IMG/VR virus record: IMGVR_UViG_3300027571_000025
Location: 1 to 40,863 of that record
Strand: one strand, 5' to 3'
Source of the DNA: a virus
Lineage: Duplodnaviria > Caudoviricetes
Length of the DNA stretch: 40,863 bases
In this document: positions 18,401 through 26,183 of the stretch, piece by piece
Position numbering within the stretch: the first letter of the stretch is position 1
How the letters are laid out: the number at the start of each line of letters is the position of its first letter
The notes under the pieces: model-generated
Database searches by the model: none
Seen by the model: only the letters and a program-made list of their open reading frames with translations
Told to the model about the DNA's origin: nothing
Program-made: the position numbers and the translations under genes

Positions 18401-19305
18401 TAAAATATAGCTTAAGAGCAAGTGGTGTTATTGAAGATTATGAGCAACAAGTAAAAGATACCTCATTGACATATAGCGGTCTATATAGATGGGATTCATC
18501 GATCAATAGATTGAATGAATTTAATCTTTCTGTAGCTAACTTTAAGAATTTAGATAAAAGCTTTGGATCTATTCAAAAACTTCATGCTAGAACGACAGAT
18601 CTTTTGGTATTCCATCAAGATAAAATTACATCAGTATTATATGGCAAGAATTTACTTGTTGATGCAGTTGGAGGTGGTTCAGTAGCTTCAGTCCCTGAGG
18701 TTTTAGGAACTCAAATTGCCTTGCCATATGACTTTGGTATTTCTACTAATCCTGAGAGCTTTGCTGTTTGGAGTAATAGAATGTACTTTACAGACGCAAG
18801 GAGAGGTGTGGTATTACAAATGCAAGGTGATCAAGTTGTTCAGATCTCAAGAATGGGTCTATCTGATTACTTTAGAGATATGATGTCTGACTCATCTAAT
18901 TATGCTAAAATAGGTGCATACGATCCATATAATCATACATATGTTATTGCATCTACAGATAGAAGAAATACACCATGCGATATAGAGATCAACCCAACAT
19001 CTTCGTCAGTTCCATATAATACAGCTGGTGCTTTACAATATATGTTTAGTATATCAGGAACAACATCCTGGTCAGTTGAGGTTATAGATAATGGTTTCGG
19101 TGTAAACTGGGTTGAAGTTCCAGTATACTGCCAATCAGGCGTAGGATCGCAAGATATAAGCGCTAGGATTCAAAATAACTTAACTAATACACTTAGAACT
19201 GTTATTTTTAGAGTTTCTTATTGCAATACATATATAGACTTCACTCTAACTCAAGGTAGGGGCCCAAGAACAGACTTTAATGTTATAACATACGGAAAAA
19301 AATGA
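15463..19305 (+). CDS. Tail nozzle/stabilisation protein, N-terminal part (1280 aa), ending in a BACON-like Ig domain
   Basis: GRMNKDLDERLLPDGEYRDAVN start, WTDNLNQPRKIN, FGISTNPESF and YFTDARRG propeller motifs; C-terminal SWSV...NWV...SGVG...R...FTLTQ BACON pattern. Confidence 0.75.
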   Translation: MANLQRTFLAGRMNKDLDERLLPDGEYRDAVNITIDTSEGSNIGAVQNAYGNLKIADVKQIIENQGITITQPLVTIGAVANESTNVLYWFVTGLEFEGIFEYNQITGSTVMVLGSTSNQLGLDENHLITGVNFITDGAGGGFLLWTDNLNQPRKININRCKTYSIDDPRIDLDINLIVAPPLNSPFISLKTLLDPNINPNNIEDKFVYFSYRYKYLDNEYSAMSPLSAVAFNPKKLLIDSDTGENKGMLNQFNQAEVIFETGNEFVKEIQLLVWESRTLNVKIVETLNKEEIGIQDNSTYSFIFMNNKTYAALPSDQVTRLFDNVPLKALAQDIIGSRLIFGNYTQFRDLIDTNNDFIDVNYTVNYDSSPVTGLPKQTWRSDRDYEIGIAYLDDYGRMTTVLTTSSDNTGNNQSNSVYIPSDNSDTSNYLVVNVKNKAPEWATGYRFFVKQSKTEYYNIFPVTFIKNGSYRYFLINEADRDKIKVNGYIIFKSSSGSATHSNKKFKVLELEYKAAGFNNISGALEGLYFKIKADASDAFLNVSGQQIFNFDGSGRGLRTPVLNRSQHVDTAYYSYTGDNTITPTAQDVTATVISTSDFRINVEILPNDEFRWTSNLALSTWSANIPIPFGGIYSYATTAITLGLNFANTSYNVGDRWVFNVRGYGNLAGTPSYPYVGYGLGSSLNSSYGGGSILKGPGAIFPGAIIELEILFDSAPQNPTGGTGVQSFTSNNYYKNLEEWFYESGAYALYIQYNPSGTNVGARGVTFRYGINYQNTGNPLSNQIDQSNFGGDIYMIIQGFNDGSNSSLNEIKTRLKVTQTPTSNSISAETVPANDDTDIYYEMSRTYPIVNGNHIALWKYDRCVANGSNVYLVQDSHTQPHYFEDGQSVYVTAPNIPAGFYNVVSIPDRYTIEINYAASTAAIPGGVSDNDLDQDQTSALNPAVVVLNNANNKNSDYNAYCYGNGIESNRILDGFNQPWLKYSLRASGVIEDYEQQVKDTSLTYSGLYRWDSSINRLNEFNLSVANFKNLDKSFGSIQKLHARTTDLLVFHQDKITSVLYGKNLLVDAVGGGSVASVPEVLGTQIALPYDFGISTNPESFAVWSNRMYFTDARRGVVLQMQGDQVVQISRMGLSDYFRDMMSDSSNYAKIGAYDPYNHTYVIASTDRRNTPCDIEINPTSSSVPYNTAGALQYMFSISGTTSWSVEVIDNGFGVNWVEVPVYCQSGVGSQDISARIQNNLTNTLRTVIFRVSYCNTYIDFTLTQGRGPRTDFNVITYGKK

Positions 19306-21953
19306 GTAAAACTAGTCAGTCATTTAGCTATACAGGAAGCAGTACATACTCTATAAACAATATAGTATTGAGTAATGGAGCTATTGCTCTATTTGATTCT
19401 CTTACTGGAGTAGGTGGTGTAGATTATGTTCCTTATGATGGGGCAACTGTAACTGTTGTAGCTGGGAATACATCTCCTTTAGATGAAGCATTAGCACCTA
19501 CTCTTAGTAATAAATTATACTATTTAGTTTCCGATGTTGAGTATTCAGTTGAAGATAAGGCCACTATATTGGCAGCAGCTACTGAGATACCTGTAGTGTA
19601 TACCGGTGGTAGATATGTTGGTCAGTTTGTCTTCTCAAATCCAAACAACTACGACTACGTATACTTACTTTGGGATTATGAAGATAAAATGGATACTGTT
19701 GCTTCATATAAGGGAGAAACGGATAGCCGATTGATCAGCATGCAATTCGGAACAACAATTGGCCGGGCTGGTATTAGTTTTAATACCATTGACTCTGATC
19801 AGCCTACTAGATACCAAATTGAATGGAACGGGCAGATTGTTGCAGACACTAAGTATGTTGGTTTAAACTCAACATCAAATTATAATGCATTAATATCAGC
19901 TGGAATACCGGCAGAAGATATAGGATTGGTTACTCCATATGATGGTCTTGTAAACAATGGTATTGGATCTGTTGAATTTTATAAGTATTTAGGTACAAGT
20001 GAAGCCAATTTAATAGTATCATCTCCATTCTCTTCATCTACATGGATTGTAAATAAGATAGATCCTTATTTAAAAACATTCTATATAAGCGAAGATCAGG
20101 GAATACCTTCTGATGTTTGTACTCAATGCCCTAATGTAGAGGTGTTTCATAATGGCGTAGATAGTTCACCTAATGTTGGGGATACTATTTTTTCTACCGA
20201 AGATGGATCAGAAGTATATATTGGCGATGAGTACTTACATCTTATTGACACAACAATATGTGTTACTCCTCCTATTTCAGATTTAAGTTATTTAACAATA
20301 TCATCTGTAGGTCAAGTCATATCAAAACAGAGCTGCACATGTTCAGAGTATGCTGTTCCATTTATATTCTCTGATGCTATAACAGTTGACTCAAATGCAC
20401 AAGAGTCTATTGTTATACAATCGATAAACAACCCAACATCATGGAGTTTGATTGGTGGAAATTTACCTACTGAAGCTAGTTTTTCTAATGGTGTTTTATA
20501 TTTTGATAATTGCCCATCAGGTGTATATTCAATATCATTAACAGCAACTAATTGCTTTGGAACTAGCTCATCAACTTCTATAGCTATATATGTTAATAAT
20601 ACTAGTAAACTTAAGCCTGTTTTAATTGATGTTGAGCAGTTTAAAGAATCTGGATCAGATGCTTGTTTGGTTATACCTACATTCACATTGTTATACTTTG
20701 ACGGGGATGGATATATTCCACAAATAGGTGATACAATTTACTACGATGCTGATGGATCGAGACCATTCATGGGTGGCAAGAAGTGGTATCAAATGAATGA
20801 CTCTGACTACACCATTCAAATAGACCAAGATGGAATTGTAATAGGCAGAAGTATGTGCGCAGGAACCACGACCACAACTACGACTACGACTACGACTACT
20901 CTTCCTTCTGGTAATTATTATACATCTTATTCATGCCAAGACAATACAGTTATTGCTGTGTTATTAGATACATCTTTAGCAACTATAAGTATTGACGATG
21001 TGGTTAAAACTACAGATGGTAATTGTTGGGTTATTGATGGACTTGTTTCACCTAGTTATCCATACTATCAGATGGATCTGCCTATGACCATATATGCAGA
21101 TTGCTCAGCATGCACCGGTACAACAACTACTACAACTACTACAACTACTACAACTACAACCCCTGTAAGTTCATTTGATCTTGACATAGATGAAAGAGAA
21201 ACAAGCTTAGAGGCATGCACAGCAACTCCTGGATATACTACATATTATCATACAGGTTCGTTTATAGTAAACAGTTTTGTTTACTCTGACTCAGGTGCCA
21301 CATCATTATTCGATGGAGCATTTAAATGGTATACAGTTAGAAAGTCAGGTGTTACTTATGCATGTCTAATTGCAGATACTGGTCAGATATTAAACCTATC
21401 TGCATGTTCTGGAGTTACTACAACTACTACAACTACAACTATTCCTACATTCTACTACTCTGTTGAGGATTGTACTGACCTAAGCCCAGATGTTTTAAGG
21501 TATATTGGTTTCAGTGCATTACCAATAGACACATATGTAAAAGGAAGTAATGGTAGGTGTTATAAAATTATAGCCAACACATCGCCAGGTGTCTATACAG
21601 CAGATGTTTACTACACATACGGTAGCTGCTCAGAGTGTATTGCTACAATGCTAACAACTACAACTACCACGACAACTACTACGACAACGTCAACTACTAC
21701 GACAACTACAACTACTGCATCGCCTTTATTCAATATAACGCTGTCATACTCTTCTTCACAATCATCCGTATGTTCAATTCTTAATATTAATAATTATTAT
21801 ATCAGTGGTGCAATTGGTGTTCCTGGAAATCATATCTTTACAGATATCTTTGGATCATATCCTGCACCTGCTGGATGGTACTTAAATTTAATTACGAATA
21901 TTGCGTATGAATGGGACGGATCAGATTGGACCAGCGCAAGTAAAACTTGTTAA
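19302..21953 (+). CDS. Cys-rich multi-repeat tail appendage/adhesin-like protein with poly-Thr linkers (883 aa)
   Basis: Two kinds of repeated Cys-bounded modules, an Ig-like segment (YSISLTATNCFG) and four poly-Thr tracts. Confidence 0.75.
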   Translation: MSKTSQSFSYTGSSTYSINNIVLSNGAIALFDSLTGVGGVDYVPYDGATVTVVAGNTSPLDEALAPTLSNKLYYLVSDVEYSVEDKATILAAATEIPVVYTGGRYVGQFVFSNPNNYDYVYLLWDYEDKMDTVASYKGETDSRLISMQFGTTIGRAGISFNTIDSDQPTRYQIEWNGQIVADTKYVGLNSTSNYNALISAGIPAEDIGLVTPYDGLVNNGIGSVEFYKYLGTSEANLIVSSPFSSSTWIVNKIDPYLKTFYISEDQGIPSDVCTQCPNVEVFHNGVDSSPNVGDTIFSTEDGSEVYIGDEYLHLIDTTICVTPPISDLSYLTISSVGQVISKQSCTCSEYAVPFIFSDAITVDSNAQESIVIQSINNPTSWSLIGGNLPTEASFSNGVLYFDNCPSGVYSISLTATNCFGTSSSTSIAIYVNNTSKLKPVLIDVEQFKESGSDACLVIPTFTLLYFDGDGYIPQIGDTIYYDADGSRPFMGGKKWYQMNDSDYTIQIDQDGIVIGRSMCAGTTTTTTTTTTTTLPSGNYYTSYSCQDNTVIAVLLDTSLATISIDDVVKTTDGNCWVIDGLVSPSYPYYQMDLPMTIYADCSACTGTTTTTTTTTTTTTTPVSSFDLDIDERETSLEACTATPGYTTYYHTGSFIVNSFVYSDSGATSLFDGAFKWYTVRKSGVTYACLIADTGQILNLSACSGVTTTTTTTTIPTFYYSVEDCTDLSPDVLRYIGFSALPIDTYVKGSNGRCYKIIANTSPGVYTADVYYTYGSCSECIATMLTTTTTTTTTTTTSTTTTTTTTASPLFNITLSYSSSQSSVCSILNINNYYISGAIGVPGNHIFTDIFGSYPAPAGWYLNLITNIAYEWDGSDWTSASKTC
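20865..21716 (+). repeat. Four ACN-codon poly-Thr tracts (20865-20900, 21120-21161, 21417-21440, 21654-21716)
   Basis: Read directly; mixed ACT/ACA/ACG/ACC codons. Confidence 0.95.
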
Positions 21954-22870
21954 TGAAGACACTTAGAATGTTGTCAGCGCAACCTGCGCTTGACTACTAT
22001 GCATGGCAGATTGAAGTATGCATACATAATTTCGCGTCATTAGGATATGAAAATATTGACATAGTTGCTGGTTATCAAGATGAGATACCAGAGTCATGGA
22101 ATAAATTATATCAGACATATAGTGATATAGCGAGGTTCTTTTTCTATAAAGATACCATGGGAGAATGTAACTATCCTCCTGCAATACAAGCTCATCTACT
22201 AAAGAAACATTTTAAAAAACATCCTGATCTAAAAAATGATGCTATCTTCTTTCATGATGCTGACTTTGTGTTCACTAAATATTTAGACTTTACGCCATAC
22301 TTGAATAATGATATTTGGTATTTTTCAGATACTATATCGTATATAGGTTACGATTATATCATGAGTAAAGGAGAGGAGATACTAGAAGCTATGTGTTCTG
22401 AAGTTGGTATATCAAAAACAATAGTGAAATTCAATAATAAAAAAAGTGGTGGCGCTCAGAAGTTAATGAAAAACTTAACACATCATTATTGGGAGAAGGT
22501 AGAGAAAGATAGTAAGAGTCTATACAACTTACTGCTTGGAATGCAGGACGTTCGTAAGGAAGGTGATCCGAACGGAATACAGGCATGGACTGCAAGTATG
22601 TGGGCTGAGCTATGGAACGCTTGGTTTTTCGGTCATCATGTTGAGGTGCCTAAATACTTTAACTTTGCCTGGGCGACCTGTCCATCTAACTTATGGGATG
22701 AGCTTTATTTCTTCCATAATGCTGGTGTGATGAGCTCAAATGACGGCATGTTTCACAAAGCGTCATTTATGCATATTTTACCGTTTGGTACAGATCTGGA
22801 GGTAGACCCAAGTAGATGTTCATACCATTATTATCAGATGATCAAAAGCATGAAAAGTTGCTTGGTCTAA
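21947..22870 (+). CDS. GT-A fold glycosyltransferase resembling peptidyl-Ser galactosyltransferase/Hyp arabinosyltransferase (probable start ATG 21953)
   Basis: YYAWQ near the N-terminus, NYPPAI, IFFHDADFVF DxD motif, AWTASMWA and FFHNAG motifs. Confidence 0.7.
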   Translation: MLMKTLRMLSAQPALDYYAWQIEVCIHNFASLGYENIDIVAGYQDEIPESWNKLYQTYSDIARFFFYKDTMGECNYPPAIQAHLLKKHFKKHPDLKNDAIFFHDADFVFTKYLDFTPYLNNDIWYFSDTISYIGYDYIMSKGEEILEAMCSEVGISKTIVKFNNKKSGGAQKLMKNLTHHYWEKVEKDSKSLYNLLLGMQDVRKEGDPNGIQAWTASMWAELWNAWFFGHHVEVPKYFNFAWATCPSNLWDELYFFHNAGVMSSNDGMFHKASFMHILPFGTDLEVDPSRCSYHYYQMIKSMKSCLV

Positions 22871-22876
22871 ATTTCG

Positions 22877-22884
22877 TAACTTTG
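22877..22884 (+). promoter_or_regulatory. Bacteroidota -7 promoter element (TAACTTTG)
   Basis: Matches TAnnTTTG; 4 nt upstream of ATG 22889. Confidence 0.6.
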
Positions 22885-22888
22885 TTGT

Positions 22889-23629
22889 ATGATTATAGAT
22901 ACGCTGACTTTTTCTAACACGTCTCAAGGATGGACATCTAGATGGACATATAGACCTGAATGGATGATAGGTCTAAATAACTCTTTCTATACATTCAAAG
23001 ATGGTAGCTTGTGGCAGCATGATATAAATCAAGAACACTGTGTGTTCTATGATAATTATGACAATAATCCTTATTTCTCAATATCAACAATAATTAATGA
23101 GGCACCTACTGAAGTAAAAATGTTTAAGACATTAGTTATTGACGGTACAACTAGTTTAAATGTAACTGGATATACAGACCTTGATCAAGTTGAAATGTCT
23201 TCTTCTCAGTTTATTGATAAAGAGGGCAATTGGTATGCTTACTTAAAAAGACCACAAAACCAAATTAGCTACGATCTTCTTTCAACTCAAGGAGTTGGTG
23301 TTGCAAGTACCATTGTTGGTACAACTATTAATTTCAATGCTACAATAAGCAATGTGGATACAGGTGATGTTGTATACAAAGAGTTAAATGGGTTGGTTGA
23401 ATTAGTAGGCACTGTGTCTGATGCTTCATCAAGCTCAATTACAGTGTTATCATATATAAATACACCATCCGCAGGTGACTACATCTTCATTGTTAAAAAT
23501 GCTGAGGCTGAGTCATATGGTGCTAGGGGATATTATCTAAATCTAGATATGTATCTTTCAGGACAACCTGCCCAAGCAACCCATGAGGTATTTGCCATCA
23601 ACTCATCTATATTCAAAAGTTTTCCTTAA
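22889..23629 (+). CDS. Tail nozzle/stabilisation protein, C-terminal part (246 aa)
   Basis: TLTFS...GWTSRWTYRPEWM...FYTFKDGSLWQH, KMFKTL, KEGNWYAY and GARGYY motifs typical of the nozzle C-terminus. Confidence 0.7.
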   Translation: MIIDTLTFSNTSQGWTSRWTYRPEWMIGLNNSFYTFKDGSLWQHDINQEHCVFYDNYDNNPYFSISTIINEAPTEVKMFKTLVIDGTTSLNVTGYTDLDQVEMSSSQFIDKEGNWYAYLKRPQNQISYDLLSTQGVGVASTIVGTTINFNATISNVDTGDVVYKELNGLVELVGTVSDASSSSITVLSYINTPSAGDYIFIVKNAEAESYGARGYYLNLDMYLSGQPAQATHEVFAINSSIFKSFP

Positions 23630-23634
23630 ATTTG
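23627..23634 (+). promoter_or_regulatory. Bacteroidota -7 promoter element (TAAATTTG)
   Basis: Matches TAnnTTTG; 4 nt upstream of ATG 23639. Confidence 0.6.
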
Positions 23635-23638
23635 TTAC

Positions 23639-24046
23639 ATGGAAGTTAGGTTTTTAGATGACCAAGACTATGATGTATTAGCTCAATGGTGGAAGGACTG
23701 GAGATGGTCTGCACCACCAAAGGATATGCTACCACAAGATGGAAGAGGTGGGTTAATGATAAGTAAGGATGGTGAAGATATTTGTGCCGGCTTTGTTTAC
23801 TTTACAAACTCAAAGACAGCTTGGATTGAGTACATTGTATCAAACTTCCATTATAGACAAGACGATCGCAAGGAGGCGATAGAATTATTAATTAACTCAC
23901 TTGTTGAGGTAGCTGCCGAAACAAATGGAACTAAATACTTCTATACCTCTCTTAAGAACGAAAATTTGATTAACCGATATGCAGAATGCGGCTTCCAAAA
24001 AGGATCAAGTAACTGCACTGAAATGATAAAGATATGGCAGCAGTAA
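23639..24046 (+). CDS. GNAT-fold acetyltransferase-like protein
   Basis: ICAGFVY...AWIEYIVSNFHYR...LINRYAECGF GNAT pattern; position before ejection proteins as in many podoviruses. Confidence 0.75.
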   Translation: MEVRFLDDQDYDVLAQWWKDWRWSAPPKDMLPQDGRGGLMISKDGEDICAGFVYFTNSKTAWIEYIVSNFHYRQDDRKEAIELLINSLVEVAAETNGTKYFYTSLKNENLINRYAECGFQKGSSNCTEMIKIWQQ

Positions 24047-24723
24047 CATCAACATTAGTAGCTTTAGGGGGAATTGGCGTTAGTGCCGCTCAGGCTATCA
24101 AATCAAAAAGCTTAATCAAGAAAGCTGAGCGTGCTAGTGAAAAAGCAAAACAGCAACTAAAACAAATTAAAGAAGTAAATGCGTTCAAGGCTCTACAGGT
24201 ACCCACACTTGGTCTTGAAATGGCACAACAACAACAGTCTCAACGTGAAGCTCAAATGGTAGAAGCTCTTCAAGGTGTTGGTGCTGAGGGTGTTATTGGC
24301 GGAATTGGAAATGTTGCAGCTGCCGGTAACGAGCAAGATATGGCACTAGCAGCACAAGCAAACCAAGCACAATATGGAAGAGATGTAGCTCAGGCTGAGG
24401 CTGAGTTAGGTATAGGTGCTCGTAAAGCAGAGAGAGATTTTAAAGTTGGTGTGGGTGAAGTTCAAGAACAAAACGCTAGACTTGCTCAGGCAAAAGAAGA
24501 TCGTAATGCTGCAATTATGGGGGCACTTGGTTTTGCTGGGCAAGCAGCAGGAAGTTTAGATGATATGATTGGTTTATATAGAAAGCAAGGAAGCAAAGCG
24601 CAACAAAGTTGGAACGCTTTAACTGCTGATACAAATTACACAGCTCCAAGTGGACCTCTTACAAAAGAACAGCAAGCCGCTTATGGTTTAAGTATATTAC
24701 AAGGCACAAACTATCAACCATAA
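24034..24723 (+). CDS. Putative internal virion/ejection protein 1
   Basis: Ala/Gly/Gln-rich helical protein with a hydrophobic Gly-rich N-terminus. Confidence 0.65.
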   Translation: MAAVTSTLVALGGIGVSAAQAIKSKSLIKKAERASEKAKQQLKQIKEVNAFKALQVPTLGLEMAQQQQSQREAQMVEALQGVGAEGVIGGIGNVAAAGNEQDMALAAQANQAQYGRDVAQAEAELGIGARKAERDFKVGVGEVQEQNARLAQAKEDRNAAIMGALGFAGQAAGSLDDMIGLYRKQGSKAQQSWNALTADTNYTAPSGPLTKEQQAAYGLSILQGTNYQP

Positions 24724-26171
24724 TGGCAACTAATCAAAATTTATTTGGCTACATTCCTACCGAGTCGGTAGATTGGTCTAAAGCATTGGGTGGTTTATAT
24801 ACCACAGTAAAGGGTATTGAGGAAGGCCGTGAAGAGCTTAAGTTAGAACTTGATCAGCTTAAGACTGACAACATTAAAGCCGTTCAACAAGCTGATAATT
24901 TTACTAGTCAGACGTTTGGACAGATGATGCTTGGCGCATCTCAAAATGGAGTATCAACTATTAAGTCTTGGAATGATGCACTTAAGAGAGGAGAGCTTGA
25001 CCCTAAGGAATATAAACAAAGGATGAATAGCCTAATGGAAAATTGGGGTGCTCTTGCTAACAACGTAAAGAGCTTTGATACAAAGAACGCTGAAATTCAA
25101 AAACAACTACAGAGCGGTGAAATATCAAAAGCATCTGTAGAGGCTGGTGAGTATTTTGCTAGAATGGGTGACCTTAAGAATTTACAGGTTTTTATTGATC
25201 CATCTACTGGATTAGTTAGTACAGGTAGGTTAGATTCCGCAACAGGTCAGGTTATCCCGGATACAATTGAAAGTTCTAAAACCACAGGTGACTTGAGTAA
25301 TCTTATATTTAATAAAACAAATATTGATCAGTCTGTAGCTGAAACAACTAAGTTTTGGAAAGACTACATGGTTGAAAATGACATTACAACTATTAGCGAC
25401 CTTAGACAAAGAGATGAATTTGCTAGCAAAATGGCTGACCTAACAGGCGCATTAACTAGTAATAATAGAATGACATTAAGTATCCTTATGGATAACATGG
25501 ATGAGGGTTATACTACTTATTATACATCTGCTGATAGAGAATCAAAGTTAATTGATATGCTCGAAAGAGAGAACCAAAAGAGAGCATATCAAAATAAAGC
25601 AAAGTTAAGTGATGATGATCTAGATGAATTTATAAAAAATGCAGAAGGTAAGCTTATACCAATGCAAAAAGATGCATCAGGTGTGTATCAACCAATGATA
25701 TCTGAGGCACAAAAAGATAGAGCTAAAAAAACTATTGAGTCAGCTGTTGCACTTCAACTTGGATATAAGTCATTACAAGATGAGACTACTACATCAAAAG
25801 GCACTCCTGATGAAGAAGAAAAACTTAAATATCAGACACTTGCTAAAGGTATTGTAAAAAATTGGACTAATAGCGATTGGCTTAGCGGAAACTCAAAAGA
25901 TTATGATTTCAAGTGGGTAGCAGGTGGGAAAATAGAAGTATATAAACAAAAAATTGATAATAAAGGTGTAGTTGATAAATATTTAATTGAAACATTAAAC
26001 AATCCAACACCTGAGATGCTTGGTAAATATATGGATGTTCCATCTGGTCAATTAGACAACTTTAATAAATCACTAAATTCAGCTAGAGCAACTGTAAGCA
26101 CTACCACAAAAAAACCTAAACCTGTAACTCCTAAGAATAACGATCCTCTTGGATTAGGTATATCAAAATAA
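24723..26171 (+). CDS. Putative internal virion/ejection protein 2 (482 aa)
   Basis: Helical; C-terminal NDPLGL motif; position in the ejection cluster. Confidence 0.65.
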   Translation: MATNQNLFGYIPTESVDWSKALGGLYTTVKGIEEGREELKLELDQLKTDNIKAVQQADNFTSQTFGQMMLGASQNGVSTIKSWNDALKRGELDPKEYKQRMNSLMENWGALANNVKSFDTKNAEIQKQLQSGEISKASVEAGEYFARMGDLKNLQVFIDPSTGLVSTGRLDSATGQVIPDTIESSKTTGDLSNLIFNKTNIDQSVAETTKFWKDYMVENDITTISDLRQRDEFASKMADLTGALTSNNRMTLSILMDNMDEGYTTYYTSADRESKLIDMLERENQKRAYQNKAKLSDDDLDEFIKNAEGKLIPMQKDASGVYQPMISEAQKDRAKKTIESAVALQLGYKSLQDETTTSKGTPDEEEKLKYQTLAKGIVKNWTNSDWLSGNSKDYDFKWVAGGKIEVYKQKIDNKGVVDKYLIETLNNPTPEMLGKYMDVPSGQLDNFNKSLNSARATVSTTTKKPKPVTPKNNDPLGLGISK

Positions 26172-26183
26172 AAAAAAATAAAC

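Noticed and set aside
20865-21716. CRISPR array or DNA microsatellite
   Set aside because: The repeats are in-frame mixed ACN codons encoding poly-Thr, with no repeat-spacer structure.
26168-26183. A-run between ejection genes 2 and 3 as a fusion frameshift site
   Set aside because: The run lies at and after the TAA stop and is best explained as an A-rich translation initiation region.
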